Assembly: GCA_038142325.1 (NCBI GenBank)
Contig: JAYQJW010000002.1
Location: 683,328-747,327 of the forward strand
Origin: Gammaproteobacteria bacterium
GTDB lineage: Bacteria > Pseudomonadota > Gammaproteobacteria > GCA-002705445 > GCA-002716945
Length of the DNA stretch: 64,000 bases
Direction: 5' to 3'
Positions 1-11,806 of the stretch are shown in pieces. A program made the position numbers and the translations under genes. How positions within the stretch are numbered: position 1 is the stretch's first letter; each line of letters starts with the position of its first letter. The notes beneath the pieces were generated by a model. It was not told the origin of the DNA. It did no database searches and saw only the letters and a program-made list of their open reading frames with translations.

Positions 1-199
1 ATATTCATTTAATTAAATTAGTTTGATGATAATGGCTATCATTGCTATATTAGTGTTTTATAAAGTTCAAATGTATCAACATAAGCATTTATTTTAGAAA
101 ATAAGTATATTAAGTATACAAGCGCTTGAGAAAAAATTAATGAAATGCGCTAAAAATTGACAAAAAATTACATAATAAAAATGATAAAAAGGATTCACA

Positions 200-2010
200 A
201 TGAAAAAAATATTACTCAATGCCTCTCAAAAGGAAGAGGTGAGACTTGCTGTTGTAGAGAACAACAAACTTACAGATTTAGACATAGACTTTCCATCGAG
301 GAATATAAAATCAAACATATATAAAGGCGTTATATCCAGGGTTGAACCAAGTCTAGAAGCAGCATTTATTAATTTTGGAAGAAAGAGGCACGGCTTCCTT
401 CCTTTCAAAGAAATCTCACCTGAAATATTTACTAATTCGAATAAGACATCACGTGACTGTTTAGAATCTGGAAAGGAAATAATAGTTCAAGTCGACAAAG
501 AAGAGCGAGGCAACAAAGGGGCTGCGTTAACAACATATCTAAGTCTAGCTGGAAAGTATCTTGTTCTTCTTCCTAAGAATCCTTCAACTGGAGGAATATC
601 TAGAAGAATTGAGGGTGAAGATAGATCTAAAGCAAAAAAGCTTATGGAAAGTCTTGATGTACCCGAGGGTATGAGCGTTATATTAAGAACTTCTAGCTTA
701 GATTCATCTGAAGATTCTATTAAGTGGGATATTGATTACTTAATACAAATATATGAATCAGTTCTAGAAACATCTGTCCAGCAAGACGCGCCATTTCTCA
801 TTTATCAAGAAAGCAGCATGATGGCAAGATTGATAAGAGATTATTGTGATGAAACTGTAGATGAAATTTTTATAGATGATAAAATTTTTCATGATAATTT
901 CATAAATGCTAAAAAACTTTTTCTACCACATCATGACGTAAAGACTGAGTATCATTCTGATTTAACACCCATATTTAGTAAACACAAAATAGAAAAACAA
1001 GTTCAAACAGTTTACAAAAGAAATATTAATTTACCTTCAGGTGGAAATATTGTTATCGATTCGACCGAAGCCCTAGTAAGTATAGATGTTAATTCTGCTC
1101 GTTCTACTAAAGGAAGTGATATTGAAGAAACAGCATTGAACACAAATATTGAAGCAGCAATAGAAATATTGACTCAATTAAAATTGAGAGATATAGGAGG
1201 TCTAGTTGTAATTGATTTTATTGATATGATGTCAATAAATTCTCAAAAAATGTAATGCGAAAAGTAGCAGAATATGCAAAAAAGGATAAAGCCAAGGTTC
1301 AATTCGCAAGGATTTCTAAATTTGGTTTAATGGAATTATCAAGACAAAAACTAAAGTCATCTATAATTCAAAATAATTATGAGAACTGTCCAACTTGTGA
1401 TGGAACTGGACAAATTAAATCTTTATCATCTCAAGCTATATCACTCTTAAGAATTATTGAAGAGGAAGCAATTAACAGTAAAGATAAAGAAACTGTATAT
1501 CTACCTGTAAGACTAGCCACATATCTTTTAAATGAGAAAAAAGATGTCATAAAGAATATTGAATCAAGACATAATGTTGAAATTAAAATTGTTCCTGACC
1601 CAGATCTAGAAGCATCGAGTTTTGAGATTGATAATGAAGGCCTTAGTGAATCTGAGTTTAAAAATAAGTTAAAAAATCATTCGAGAGATAATAGAAAAAA
1701 AAGAAATGATGAATCTACTGATGGGATTATTATTCAAGATAAAGAAGTAGCATTAATGTCTGCTGTTGCCCCTAAAACAAAACCACCAAAGCCAAGAACT
1801 CATAAGACAAAAGAAGATATTAATAAGCCAAGCATCTTTAGAAGATTCTTGAATATCCTTTTTGGCACAAAAGAAAAGTCTGATAATAAAAATAAAAGAC
1901 CAAGACGATATTATAGTAAAAATAGAAGATACAACAAGAATTTCAAATATAATAAATTTAAATCCAATAATAAGAGAAACTTTTCAGATAATAAAAATAA
2001 TAAAAATTAG
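200..2010 (+). CDS. rne: Ribonuclease E, split by one apparent frameshift near 1250
   Basis: S1 motif NIYKGVISRVEPSLEAAF, catalytic IDVNSAR and RDIGGLVVIDFIDM in ORF 200-1255. ORF 1255-2010 continues with ISKFGLMELSRQ, the Zn-link CPTCDGTG, an amphipathic membrane helix SIFRRFLNILFG and an Arg/Lys-rich tail. Confidence 0.93.
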
Positions 2011-2016
2011 TTACAA

Positions 2017-3324
2017 GTGTTAAAAGTTATAACTAGATTATTTATCATTAGCATCTCATTACTAATCATTTATATTATATTCTCTAATGTACAGTTCACA
2101 TCTCTTGATAATTTTAATAAGAAAAAAAATATATTTGTAAAATTTCAAGAGTTTCCTGAATTTGCTCTGCCAAATAAAGAGCAAAAAACAGGATATCAAT
2201 ATGAATTAGCAATACATTATTTGGATAGATTAAACAAAAAGCTTCTTGTAGCTGAAAATGATAATTTAGATATTAACATTTATTATACGAGTAATGTTTG
2301 TGATGACTGTGTAGTAATAAAGAACGAAGACTTATTATTAATTGGTACAGAGAGTAATCCTGATAAATATGTTGAAACTACTAGATCATTAAATAATATA
2401 TCTTATGAAACACTTCTAAAAAATGGCTATAACATAAGTTTTACTAATGAATCAATTGATGAATTAATAGAAGATATAAATAATGGATTGATATCGAATA
2501 TTTTAATAAGCAGAAGTACATATCTATTCTATAAAAAGTATTTTCCTAATTTGAAAATTAGAGATATTGTTTCAAACATTCATCTAGTTTGGGAATTTGT
2601 TGATGATGATGGAACATTAAAGGAGGATTTTTAAAATATATAAAATCTAAAAACACAAAAGATTTTATTGCTAATCTAGAATCAAAATATTACTCAAAAA
2701 ATAGTATTTCTTCATATATATTCATTGGGTCAAGAATATTTATTACTGATATGATTACTAAACTTCCACAATATGAGCTTACTTTCAGAGAAGTGTCTAA
2801 ATTTCATAACCTTGATTGGAAACTTCTAGCAGCTATCGCTTATCAAGAATCTAAATGGGATAATCAAGGCTGTCTCACCGACTGGTGTAAGAGGATTAAT
2901 GATGTTAACAAAAAATACAGCAAAAATGCTGAAAGTTGATCGACTTAATCCAAATGAAAGCATTGAGGGAGGAGCTAGATATTTAAAATCTTTGTTAAGC
3001 AAATTTTCAAAATTTAATCAAACTACTAGAGTTCATTTAGCATTAGCAGCATATAATCTTGGTCCTGGGCATGTGGATGATATTTTATTATTAGCTACAA
3101 GAGATAATAAAAATATAGATGATTGGAAAATATTAAAGAATTATTTGCTTAAGTTGAGTCAAAAAAAATTCTATCTCAATATGAAGTATGGATATGCCAG
3201 AGGATGGGAAGCAGTTCAATATATTGAAAATGTGAAACAATATTATGATATAATTACTTTTCTTGATAATAAAGATAAACAAATTAAAGATAATATATTT
3301 GATGAGGCTCCAAAAACATTATGA
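2017..3324 (+). CDS. mltF: Membrane-bound lytic murein transglycosylase F-like protein, in three ORF pieces (two apparent frameshifts)
   Basis: N-terminal TM and GYQYELA motif; SLT motifs [28 protein letters not shown] across the shift, ALAAYNLG and [16 protein letters not shown]. Confidence 0.8.
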
Positions 3325-4130
3325 CAAAAAATGATTTAATTAACGATGCATTCGATAACGGGTTAAATGATAACAATAAAAGTGATGTTGATGCCGCTGT
3401 AAAAGAAATAATATCAAGTATTGATAAAGGTATTATAAGAGTTGCAGAAAACCATAATGGTGAGTGGTCAGTTAATGAAACTGCAAAAAAAGCAATACTT
3501 CTATCTTTCAGGTTAGGGCAAAATAAATTAATAGATACTAGTTATACTAAGTTTTTTGATAAAGTAGATTCAAAGTTCTCTCATACATCAGAAGGATATC
3601 TTAAAGAAAATAATATAAGAATAGTGCCACAAGCTATTGCACGATATGGATCATTCATTGATAAAAATGTTGTATTAATGCCCTCTTTTATAAATATTGG
3701 CGCATATGTAGGTGAAGGAACTATGGTTGATACTTGGGCTACAGTTGGTTCATGTGCGCAAATCGGATCCAACGTTCATTTATCTGGTGGAGTTGGAATC
3801 GGAGGAGTTCTTGAGCCTTTACAAGCATCACCAACAATTATTGAGGATAACTGTTTCATAGGCGCCAGATCGGAAGTTGTGGAGGGTGTAATCGTTAGAA
3901 AAAATTCTGTTATATCGATGGGTGTATTTATTGGAAAAAGTACAAAGATATATGATAGAGAAACACAAACCGTTTCGTATGGTGAAATCCCTGAAGGATC
4001 TGTTGTTGTCTCAGGATCTTTGCCATCTAAGGATGGCACATGTAATCTTTATTGCGCTGTAATTGTTAAGAAAGTTGATGAAAAGACTTTAAGCAAGGTT
4101 GGGATTAATGAAATTTTGAGAGAAGCTTAA
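3321..4130 (+). CDS. dapD: Tetrahydrodipicolinate N-succinyltransferase
   Basis: [24 protein letters not shown], hexapeptide repeats, [11 protein letters not shown]; intact 269 aa; ATGA overlap with mltF. Confidence 0.97.
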   Translation: MTKNDLINDAFDNGLNDNNKSDVDAAVKEIISSIDKGIIRVAENHNGEWSVNETAKKAILLSFRLGQNKLIDTSYTKFFDKVDSKFSHTSEGYLKENNIRIVPQAIARYGSFIDKNVVLMPSFINIGAYVGEGTMVDTWATVGSCAQIGSNVHLSGGVGIGGVLEPLQASPTIIEDNCFIGARSEVVEGVIVRKNSVISMGVFIGKSTKIYDRETQTVSYGEIPEGSVVVSGSLPSKDGTCNLYCAVIVKKVDEKTLSKVGINEILREA

Positions 4131-6111
4131 GCAATTCTTTTTCATATATAATTTTTATTCCGTAATCTTTCGCTTTATTAAATTTGCTGCCAGGATTATC
4201 ACCACAGATTAATAAATTAGTATTTTTTGAGATACTACTTGTTATTTTATATCCACTAGACTCTAATGTATCTACTAATTCAGATCTTGAATATTTATTA
4301 AATGTCCCTGTTATTACAGCATTAGTCAATTTCTGACTTTTAGTAGCTTTCTCATAAATTATATTTATTCCATGAGAAATAAGATTTTTGATATTACTCT
4401 TATTATCTTTATCATCCAAATAAGTGATTATATTTTTTGCAACAATAGGTCCAACATCATTAATTTCTATTAGTGTTTCAAATTTACAATCAAGAAATTC
4501 ATAGATAGAATTAAATTTTTTAGCAATAGATTTAGATGACGATTCTCCAACTTCTTGGATTCCTAAAGCATATATAAATTTATTGAACATAACATTTTTT
4601 GCTAAATTAATGGAAGTTAGATAATTGTTAATCGATTTATCACCAACTCTATCAAGTTTTTAAAATCATCTTTGTTTAGTTTGAATAGGTCAGCAGAAGA
4701 TTTAATTATTTTTTTAGAAATCAATTCTTTAATGATTTGATTACCAATACCTTGAATATTCATTGCTTTTCTAGAAATAAAATGAATTATTGATTGTTCA
4801 ATTTGAGGGGTACAACCTTTATTATTCATGCACTTAAAAGCAACTTGATTATCAATTTTAGAGAGTATGCTATTACAACTTGGACATTTTTTAGGAGGAA
4901 TTATCTTTTTTGTTATTTTTCTTTTATTTAACTCAACTCTATCTATATCGGGTATAACGTCACCAGCCCTTTTTACATAAACAAAGTCATTTATATTAAT
5001 ATCCTTTGCTTTAATCTCTGAAAAATTATGGAGAGTGGCCCTAGAGACATTAACGCCACCAATATTTACGGGTTCAAGCTCAGCCACAGGCGTGATGGTT
5101 CCTGTTCTCCCAACCTGAAAAGTAACATCCAAAATTTGTGTCATCGCTTCTAGAGATTTAAACTTATAAGCTATGGCCCATTTAGGTGATTTACTTGTAT
5201 AGCCAAGCTTACTGTAATACTGTAACTCATTAACCCTATAAACTAAACCATCGATATCATAGGGGATCTTATGTCTGTCAGAATTCATCTGATCGAAATA
5301 ATTATATGATTCATTAATATTTTTTACTACTTTAGAATAGTTATTAATTGGGAATCCAATCTTTTGTAAATGATCCATCAATTTACTATGAGTTTTATAA
5401 TTTAAAAAACTTGATGGATCAGAAACTCCATGTATGAACAATCTTAGTTTTCTAGAACTTGCTATAGCGGGATCTAGTTGTCTAACACTCCCAGCTGCAA
5501 GATTGCGTGTATTGGAATACACTTTTTTATTAGTTTTTTTTAATTCTTGATTAATAGATATAAAATCTTTTTTATCTATAAATACCTCACCTCTTAATGA
5601 AAATCTTTTTGGAAGATGAGTGTTATCTATAGTCAGAGGAAGAGATTTAATTGTTTTTACATTTAGGGTTACATCTTCACCAATAAAACCATCGCCTCTT
5701 GTGGTGGCATTAACATATTTACCATTTTCATATGATATGCTGACTGCAAGTCCATCAAACTTAGGTTCTGCAAATAAATTTATAGAAGAAAGACTTATGC
5801 TTGATAATAATTTTGAATAAAAGTCTTCAAAATCATTTTGAGAAGTTGCATTTGAAAGTGATAACATAGGTTTGTCATGTTTTTTTTTATCAAAACTACT
5901 TAATAAATCAGAACCAACTCTCTGAGTGGGAGAATCACTAGTAATTATTTTAGGATTTTCGGATTCAATGTTTTTGAGCTCATTATAAAGTTCATCATAT
6001 TTCAAAGTCAGATATACTTGGTGAATCATATGTATGATAAAGTAGATTGTGTTGATTAATAATTTTTATTAACTTCTGATATCTTTCGTTAAGTCTCTTT
6101 GCGCTATTCAT
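4105..6111 (-). CDS. ligA: NAD-dependent DNA ligase, split by apparent frameshifts near 6010 and 4640
   Basis: Adenylation motif [28 protein letters not shown], Zn finger CPSC...C...C, C-terminal BRCT. Start ATG at 6111 read from the sequence. Confidence 0.95.
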
Positions 6112-6133
6112 ATTTATTTTAAATTTAATTCTT

Positions 6134-8916
6134 TTATGATTGAGTTGCCAATTCTAGAGCATCTTCCACATTTACAGATACAAGTTTTGACACACCCGCT
6201 TCTCTCATTGTAACGCCAGAAAGTACATCGGCAATTTGCATTGTTGATTTATTATGTGTGATAAATATAAACTGAACTGACTCAGACATTTCTTTGACTA
6301 CATTACAGAATCGTTCATTGTTAGCTTCATCAAGTGGAGCATCAACCTCGTCTAACAAACAAAATGGTGCTGGGTTTATTTTAAATATAGAGAAAACAAA
6401 AGCTATTCCTGTTCCGGCTTTTTCTCCTCCAGATAATAGATTAAGATTTTTAACGAGTTTTCCGGGAGGTTTTGCCATTATATTTACTCCAGTATTAAGT
6501 AAATCATTATCAGTAAGCTCTAGAAAAGCTTTGCCACCACCAAAGATTTTAGGGAAAAAATATTCAAGATTACCGTTAATTGAATCGAATGTTTCCTTGA
6601 ATTTAGTTTTTGTTTCAAGATCAATTTTTTTAATTGCAGCTTCAAGTGTATCTATTGATTTTGTTAAATCATCAAACTGTCTATCAAGATAACTTTTACG
6701 CTCTTCATTTTCTTTTAATTCATCTATTGCAGCAAGATTTATAGCTCCAAGTTTTTCAATCTTAGCTCTTGTTTTCTCTAGAGCTTCTTCATCATCTTTT
6801 AAAGGCGTTTCATCAATATTTTTTATAGCATTTAATATTACATCTTTGTTAAAGTCAGAATTATCAAATAAAGAACTTTTGTTAGTTTTAATTTCCGTTA
6901 TTTCTATTTTGTTATTATTTATATCAGAATTAAGTTCATTTAAATTCAAAGATAATTCACGTAATTGTTCATCGATATTACGAATATCATTATCTAATGA
7001 GGATATTTTATCTTGAATATTTGCAAGTTGATTATCCTTGTCCCGTTTTTTATCAATTAAAGCATTTAATTTATTTTTACCCTCTACTTTTGTAGGTTGC
7101 TTAACATCAGATAGTAAATCTTGTTTTTTTATTGAAAGAACACTCATGTTTGCTTTTAATTTGCTCAAAGTCTCTTCTTGTGAAACAATTTGGGTTTTGA
7201 GTGTCGAAGAAGTAACATTATTTACATTTAAATTTTCAGCTGCTTCATTATATTGCCAGTTATACTTATCATGAGATTGTTTTAAATCAATCTTTTCTTT
7301 TTCAAGTTTATTTTTATATATTTCATAATCTTTCTGTTTTTGTTCATACTGAATAAGATTAGACTCAGATTTATTAACTTTATCTTGATAACTTTTAATA
7401 TTTCTCTCAATTTCATTGACTTGGTCAACCACTGATTTATTATTTTCTTTAATTTTTATAGTAATTTTTTTAAATAAATCAATTAAATTATTAAGAGATG
7501 CTGTTAGTGATTTTTTTGTTCAGAAGGTAAATCTGGTAAGTGCCTCTCATAATCAATTTTAAAATTAATCAATTGTGACTGATAAGATTCAGATAGCTCT
7601 AAAAGTTCTGCTTGAATAGTTAAATCATTTTTATTTTGAGATGATTCAATAAGCTTGTTTAATCTTTTCTCTAAATTGAAAATATTTTCGAGATATGATT
7701 CTATTTTTGATTTTTCAAGCTCAATCTCTTTATCTAATTCAATTTTTTCAGACAAAAATTTATTAAAATTAGACTGCCAGTTTTGAAGAGAAAAAGAAGA
7801 TTCTTTGATATTTTTATTAATTTCATCAACTTTGATTTGAAGATTGTCTTTCTCTTTTATGCTTTTAGTTAATAGTTGATTATCTGATTCTATCTTATTA
7901 ATTATAGAATTGATTTCATCTTCTGTTTTTTTTATATCAGAATTAATTTCATTAATATTATCTTTTTTGCTAGTTTGAATTTGTTCAGTGTATTCTATAT
8001 CTTTCTCAGCTTTTGCTATTTCTGCTGCCACTTGAAATGATTCAGATTGCACCTTATTGAATATCTCTTGTTGATCATCTCGTGATAATTTAAGACTATC
8101 TATTTTTCTATTATATCCAGTTTCTTGAGCATCATACTTGTCTTTTTTTAGAAGTAGTTCTTTTTCTTTTTTATGTGATTTATTAAGTAACTCATCAAAC
8201 TGCATTATTTTTTTACTAATTATTTTAATTTTATATTCTTCTTCTTGGTCTTTATAATTTTTATATAACTCAGCATCATTTGCTTGTTTTTGTAGCTTAG
8301 TAAGAGATAAATTTATTTCTCGCATAATATCTTTTAGCCTACTGAGGTTTTCTGATGTGTGTTTAAGTCTAAGTTCTGTTTCTCTTCGTTTTTCCTTGTA
8401 TTTACTTATACCTGCAGCTTCTTCTAAATATGTTCTAAGCTCCTCAGGTTTTGAATCAATTATCTTTGATATCATGCCTTGCTCGATTATCGCGTAACTT
8501 CTTGGCCCTAAACCAGTACCAAGAAACACCTCTCTAATATCTTTTCGTCTGCACCTAGTGTTATTTAGAAAATAACTTGACGTTCCATCTCTATTAGCTT
8601 CTCTTCTTATTAAAATTTCATTAAATTTGGCAAATTTGGAATCTAACTTATTCAGAGAATTATCAAATAATAATTCAATACTTGCATGACTGACTTCAGA
8701 GCGAGATGATGAACCAGAGAATATGACATCATCCATTGTATCACCTCTAAGGTTACGTGCTGAAGATTCTCCCATAACCCATCTAATTGCATCAATAATA
8801 TTAGACTTACCGCATCCGTTTGGGCCAACAATACCGGTCAAATTACTGGGAAAATTTAATGAGGTAGAATCAACGAATGTTTTAAAGCCTGATAATTTAA
8901 TTCTAGATAGTCTCAT
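6134..8916 (-). CDS. smc: SMC chromosome segregation ATPase, about 927 aa after restoring one A in the A7 run near 7511-7517; no recognisable hinge
   Basis: Walker A GPNGCGKSN, GTGLGPRSYAIIEQG, EEAAGISKYK, LGAINLAAIDE, signature LSGGEK, Walker B/D-loop LLDEVDAPLD, FIFITH. Confidence 0.93.
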
Positions 8917-8980
8917 TTAATAATTTTAAATTATAATATGATATCTTGTATTATACTATAAGGATTAATCCTTTGTTCAT

Positions 8981-9349
8981 ATGAAAGATATTTTAGAAAC
9001 TTTTGACAATCCACAGATAAAAGATGACTATTTAATCAAGATGGATATACCCGAATTTACCTGTATATGTCCACTAACATCGCAACCAGACTTTGCAGAA
9101 TTTAATTTAAAATATGTCCCTGATAAACTATGTGTAGAGCTAAAATCGCTTAAACTATATATGGGTTCTTACAGAGAAATCGGCGCTTTTCATGAAGACG
9201 TTACAAATCAAATATTTCAAGATCTATTTAGACTAATCAAACCAAGATTTATGAGTCTTTATGCACACTGGAAAGTTAGGGGTGGAATTACGACCTATGT
9301 TGAAGTAAAAAAAACTAAAACAGGATGGAAAAATAAAAATAATTATTAG
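8981..9349 (+). CDS. queF: PreQ0 reductase (short type QueF)
   Basis: PEFTCICPLTSQPDFA, VELKSLKLY, FHEDVTNQI, VRGGI. The 3' end may be altered by the same missing A that affects the next gene's start. Confidence 0.93.
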   Translation: MKDILETFDNPQIKDDYLIKMDIPEFTCICPLTSQPDFAEFNLKYVPDKLCVELKSLKLYMGSYREIGAFHEDVTNQIFQDLFRLIKPRFMSLYAHWKVRGGITTYVEVKKTKTGWKNKNNY

Positions 9350-10157
9350 AGCAATTCTGCTAATACTAATTTGTTTTCCATGGTTAAATAATCATGCAAG
9401 CTCACAAGCTTTTAATGGTGGGGTGGTACTAATTCCCTTGAAAAAAAGTGAATTGAATTATAATTTCTCATATAACAATACCCCTGTCTCAAAAGTTAAA
9501 CAAAATGGGAGTGAATTCATTCTTTTTGGAATACCATATAATACTAATGATGGGCTTAATAAATTTGTTCTCAAGTCAAATGGATATGAAAAATTATTTG
9601 ATGTAAATGTGCAACGAAAAAATTATTTGTCACAAAATATTAATATTAATAAATTTAAAAAAAAATCTAAAGATGAGTTGGACAGAATCTATAAAGAGAA
9701 GTTGGAGATGATAGAAGCTAAAAAAAATCGATATAATAATTATCCGGATTTTAATTTTATAAAACCTTTAGATGGCATAGTCACTGGCGTCTTTGGAACA
9801 CAAAGGTTTTATAATGGAAAGAAAGGAAAATTTCATAACGGACATGATTTAGCTGCTCCAATAGGTACCCCCATAAAGGCACCATCGGGTGGCAAGGTTA
9901 TACTTACAGGGCATTATTATTATAACGGCAAATTCGTAATGTTAGATCATGGAAATGGCCTTGTGAGCATATTTCTTCATATGGATGATATTCATGTATC
10001 AAAAGGAAATGTTATTAAAAAAAATCATATTATAGGGACTGTTGGAAATACCGGATTGTCAACTGGACCACATTTACATTGGTCAGTGATGGTTAACAAT
10101 GTATATGTTGATCCATTAGAATTTATTAATAAACCTATGTCCAAACTTGATAATTAG
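9325..10157 (+). CDS. M23 family metallopeptidase (peptidoglycan endopeptidase)
   Basis: HNGHDLAAP (HxxxD) and STGPHLHW (HxH). A hydrophobic signal IRAILLILICFPW is in frame upstream of the called GTG; likely ATG at 9325 with a one-base slip. Confidence 0.88.
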
Positions 10158-10204
10158 GGCATATAATTAGATAATATCAAAACACAACAAAGGAGGGGTA
10201 TAAA

Positions 10205-10477
10205 ATGCCACAATATGTAATAGAAAGAGAAATAGCTGGAGCAGGTGATTTAACTGCGGACGACTTAAAAGGTATTTCACAAAAATCATGCGGTATCCTA
10301 AAAGATATGGGTACAGGTATTGAGTGGGTTCAAAGCTATGTAACAGGAGACAAAGTCTACTGTGTATACAATGCTGATAATGAACAACTGATTAAAGATC
10401 ATGCAAACACTGGCGGATTTCCAGCAAATAGTATCTCAGAAGTTAAAAATATTATTAGCCCTAAAACAGCTGAATAA
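10205..10477 (+). CDS. DUF4242 / SCO4226-type nickel-binding family protein
   Basis: MPQYVIEREI...WVQSYVTGDKVYCVYNA...HA..GGFPANSISEV matches the family as I recall it; strong RBS AAGGAGGGG. Confidence 0.82.
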   Translation: MPQYVIEREIAGAGDLTADDLKGISQKSCGILKDMGTGIEWVQSYVTGDKVYCVYNADNEQLIKDHANTGGFPANSISEVKNIISPKTAE

Positions 10478-10485
10478 TAAGTAAA

Positions 10486-11803
10486 TTAAGAACCCATTTG
10501 ATATGGGTTCTTTTCTTTTTTAAAAATTAGTCTTATAGGTATTCCAGACAACCCTAGTTGATCAGAAAAATAATTTACTAGATATTTTCTGTATGAATCT
10601 GGTATTTTATCAGTTTGATTACCATGTATTGAAATTGATAAATCTGAACTTTTATTTTGTCTAGCAAACTTTAGTTTAATAAGTCTATTAAGACTATTTT
10701 TGATTGGATGCTTATTACAGGCATCATTAAGGATTTTAGTTAATTTAGAAGCTTTGTATTGTTTATTGAGGTTCAGAGCAAGATTATTTATTGTAAATAA
10801 TAATTTTCTGATATTTCTATTTTCAAGAGCAGATAGGTATATTATTTTAGTGCCAAATAAAATATTTGAAAAATAATCTATACTACTTTTCAAAATCTTA
10901 AGTTCATCTTTAGTAATTAAATCTATTTTATTAATTACAAGAATAAATGGTTTATGATTATCTTTGATAATATTGAAGATTGATTTATCTTGTTTAGTAA
11001 CAAAATCTTTTGCAGATATAACTAAAATACATATGTTAGATTCAGAAATAGATTGTAATGACATATTAATAGAATATTTATCAATCAAATCTTTTGTTGA
11101 TGATTTTTTCATTATTCCAGCAGTATCATAGATCAAATAATTATTTCCTTTGAATGAGAAAGGAATTTCAAGAGAATCTACTGTTGTTCCAGGAGTTTCA
11201 GAAGTAATTGATCTATTCTGGTTCAAAATGCTATTAATAAGAGTTGATTTACCAACATTAGGCTTTCCTATAAAGGCAATTCTTTTGCTTAACTTTGGAG
11301 TATAAATGTCCGTACAACAGGATTGAAATAATTTTCCCACAAGATTCGCTAGTCCTTTATTAGTCTTCGCTGAAACTTCATATACATCAGAAAATCCTAA
11401 TTCAGAGAATTCATATTTTTTGAGAAGTGATTTTTGTTTATCACACTTATTGATGACAAGTAGAATATTTTTATTAAGTTTTCCTTAAAAAGGAGCAAAT
11501 TTTATGATCACTTGCTGTTAATCCATCTTCAATAGATGTTACAAAAAGTATCATAGATGATTTATCAATAGCCGAAATGGTTTTTTCATATGATAGCTGA
11601 GAGAACTCCTTGTCGTTGGAATCAATGCCTGCAGTATCAAATATATTAAGATATTTGTCTTCATAGAGAATTTTACCTTGATTAACATCTCTTGTGACAC
11701 CATGCTTATTTAGTACAATGGAGTTCTTGAACTGTGTAAGTTTATTAAATAGCAATGATTTGCCAACATTAGTTCTACCAACAAGACTTACAAAATCTGG
11801 CAT
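10486..11803 (-). CDS. der: Ribosome biogenesis double GTPase Der, apparent frameshift near 11480
   Basis: Two P-loops (GRTNVGKS, GKPNVGKS), DTAG twice, NKCD/NKID, C-terminal KH-like domain YRKYLVN...GIPIRL; downstream of bamB. Confidence 0.93.
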
Positions 11804-11806
11804 TTT

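Noticed and set aside
118-155. AGCGC...GCGCT inverted repeat in the rne leader as an autoregulatory hairpin
   Set aside because: The stem is only about 5 bp with a long A-rich loop, which is too weak to support.
8917-8980. preQ1 riboswitch upstream of queF (also checked upstream of queA)
   Set aside because: The leaders are too short, and no preQ1 stem-loop with an A-rich tail is present.
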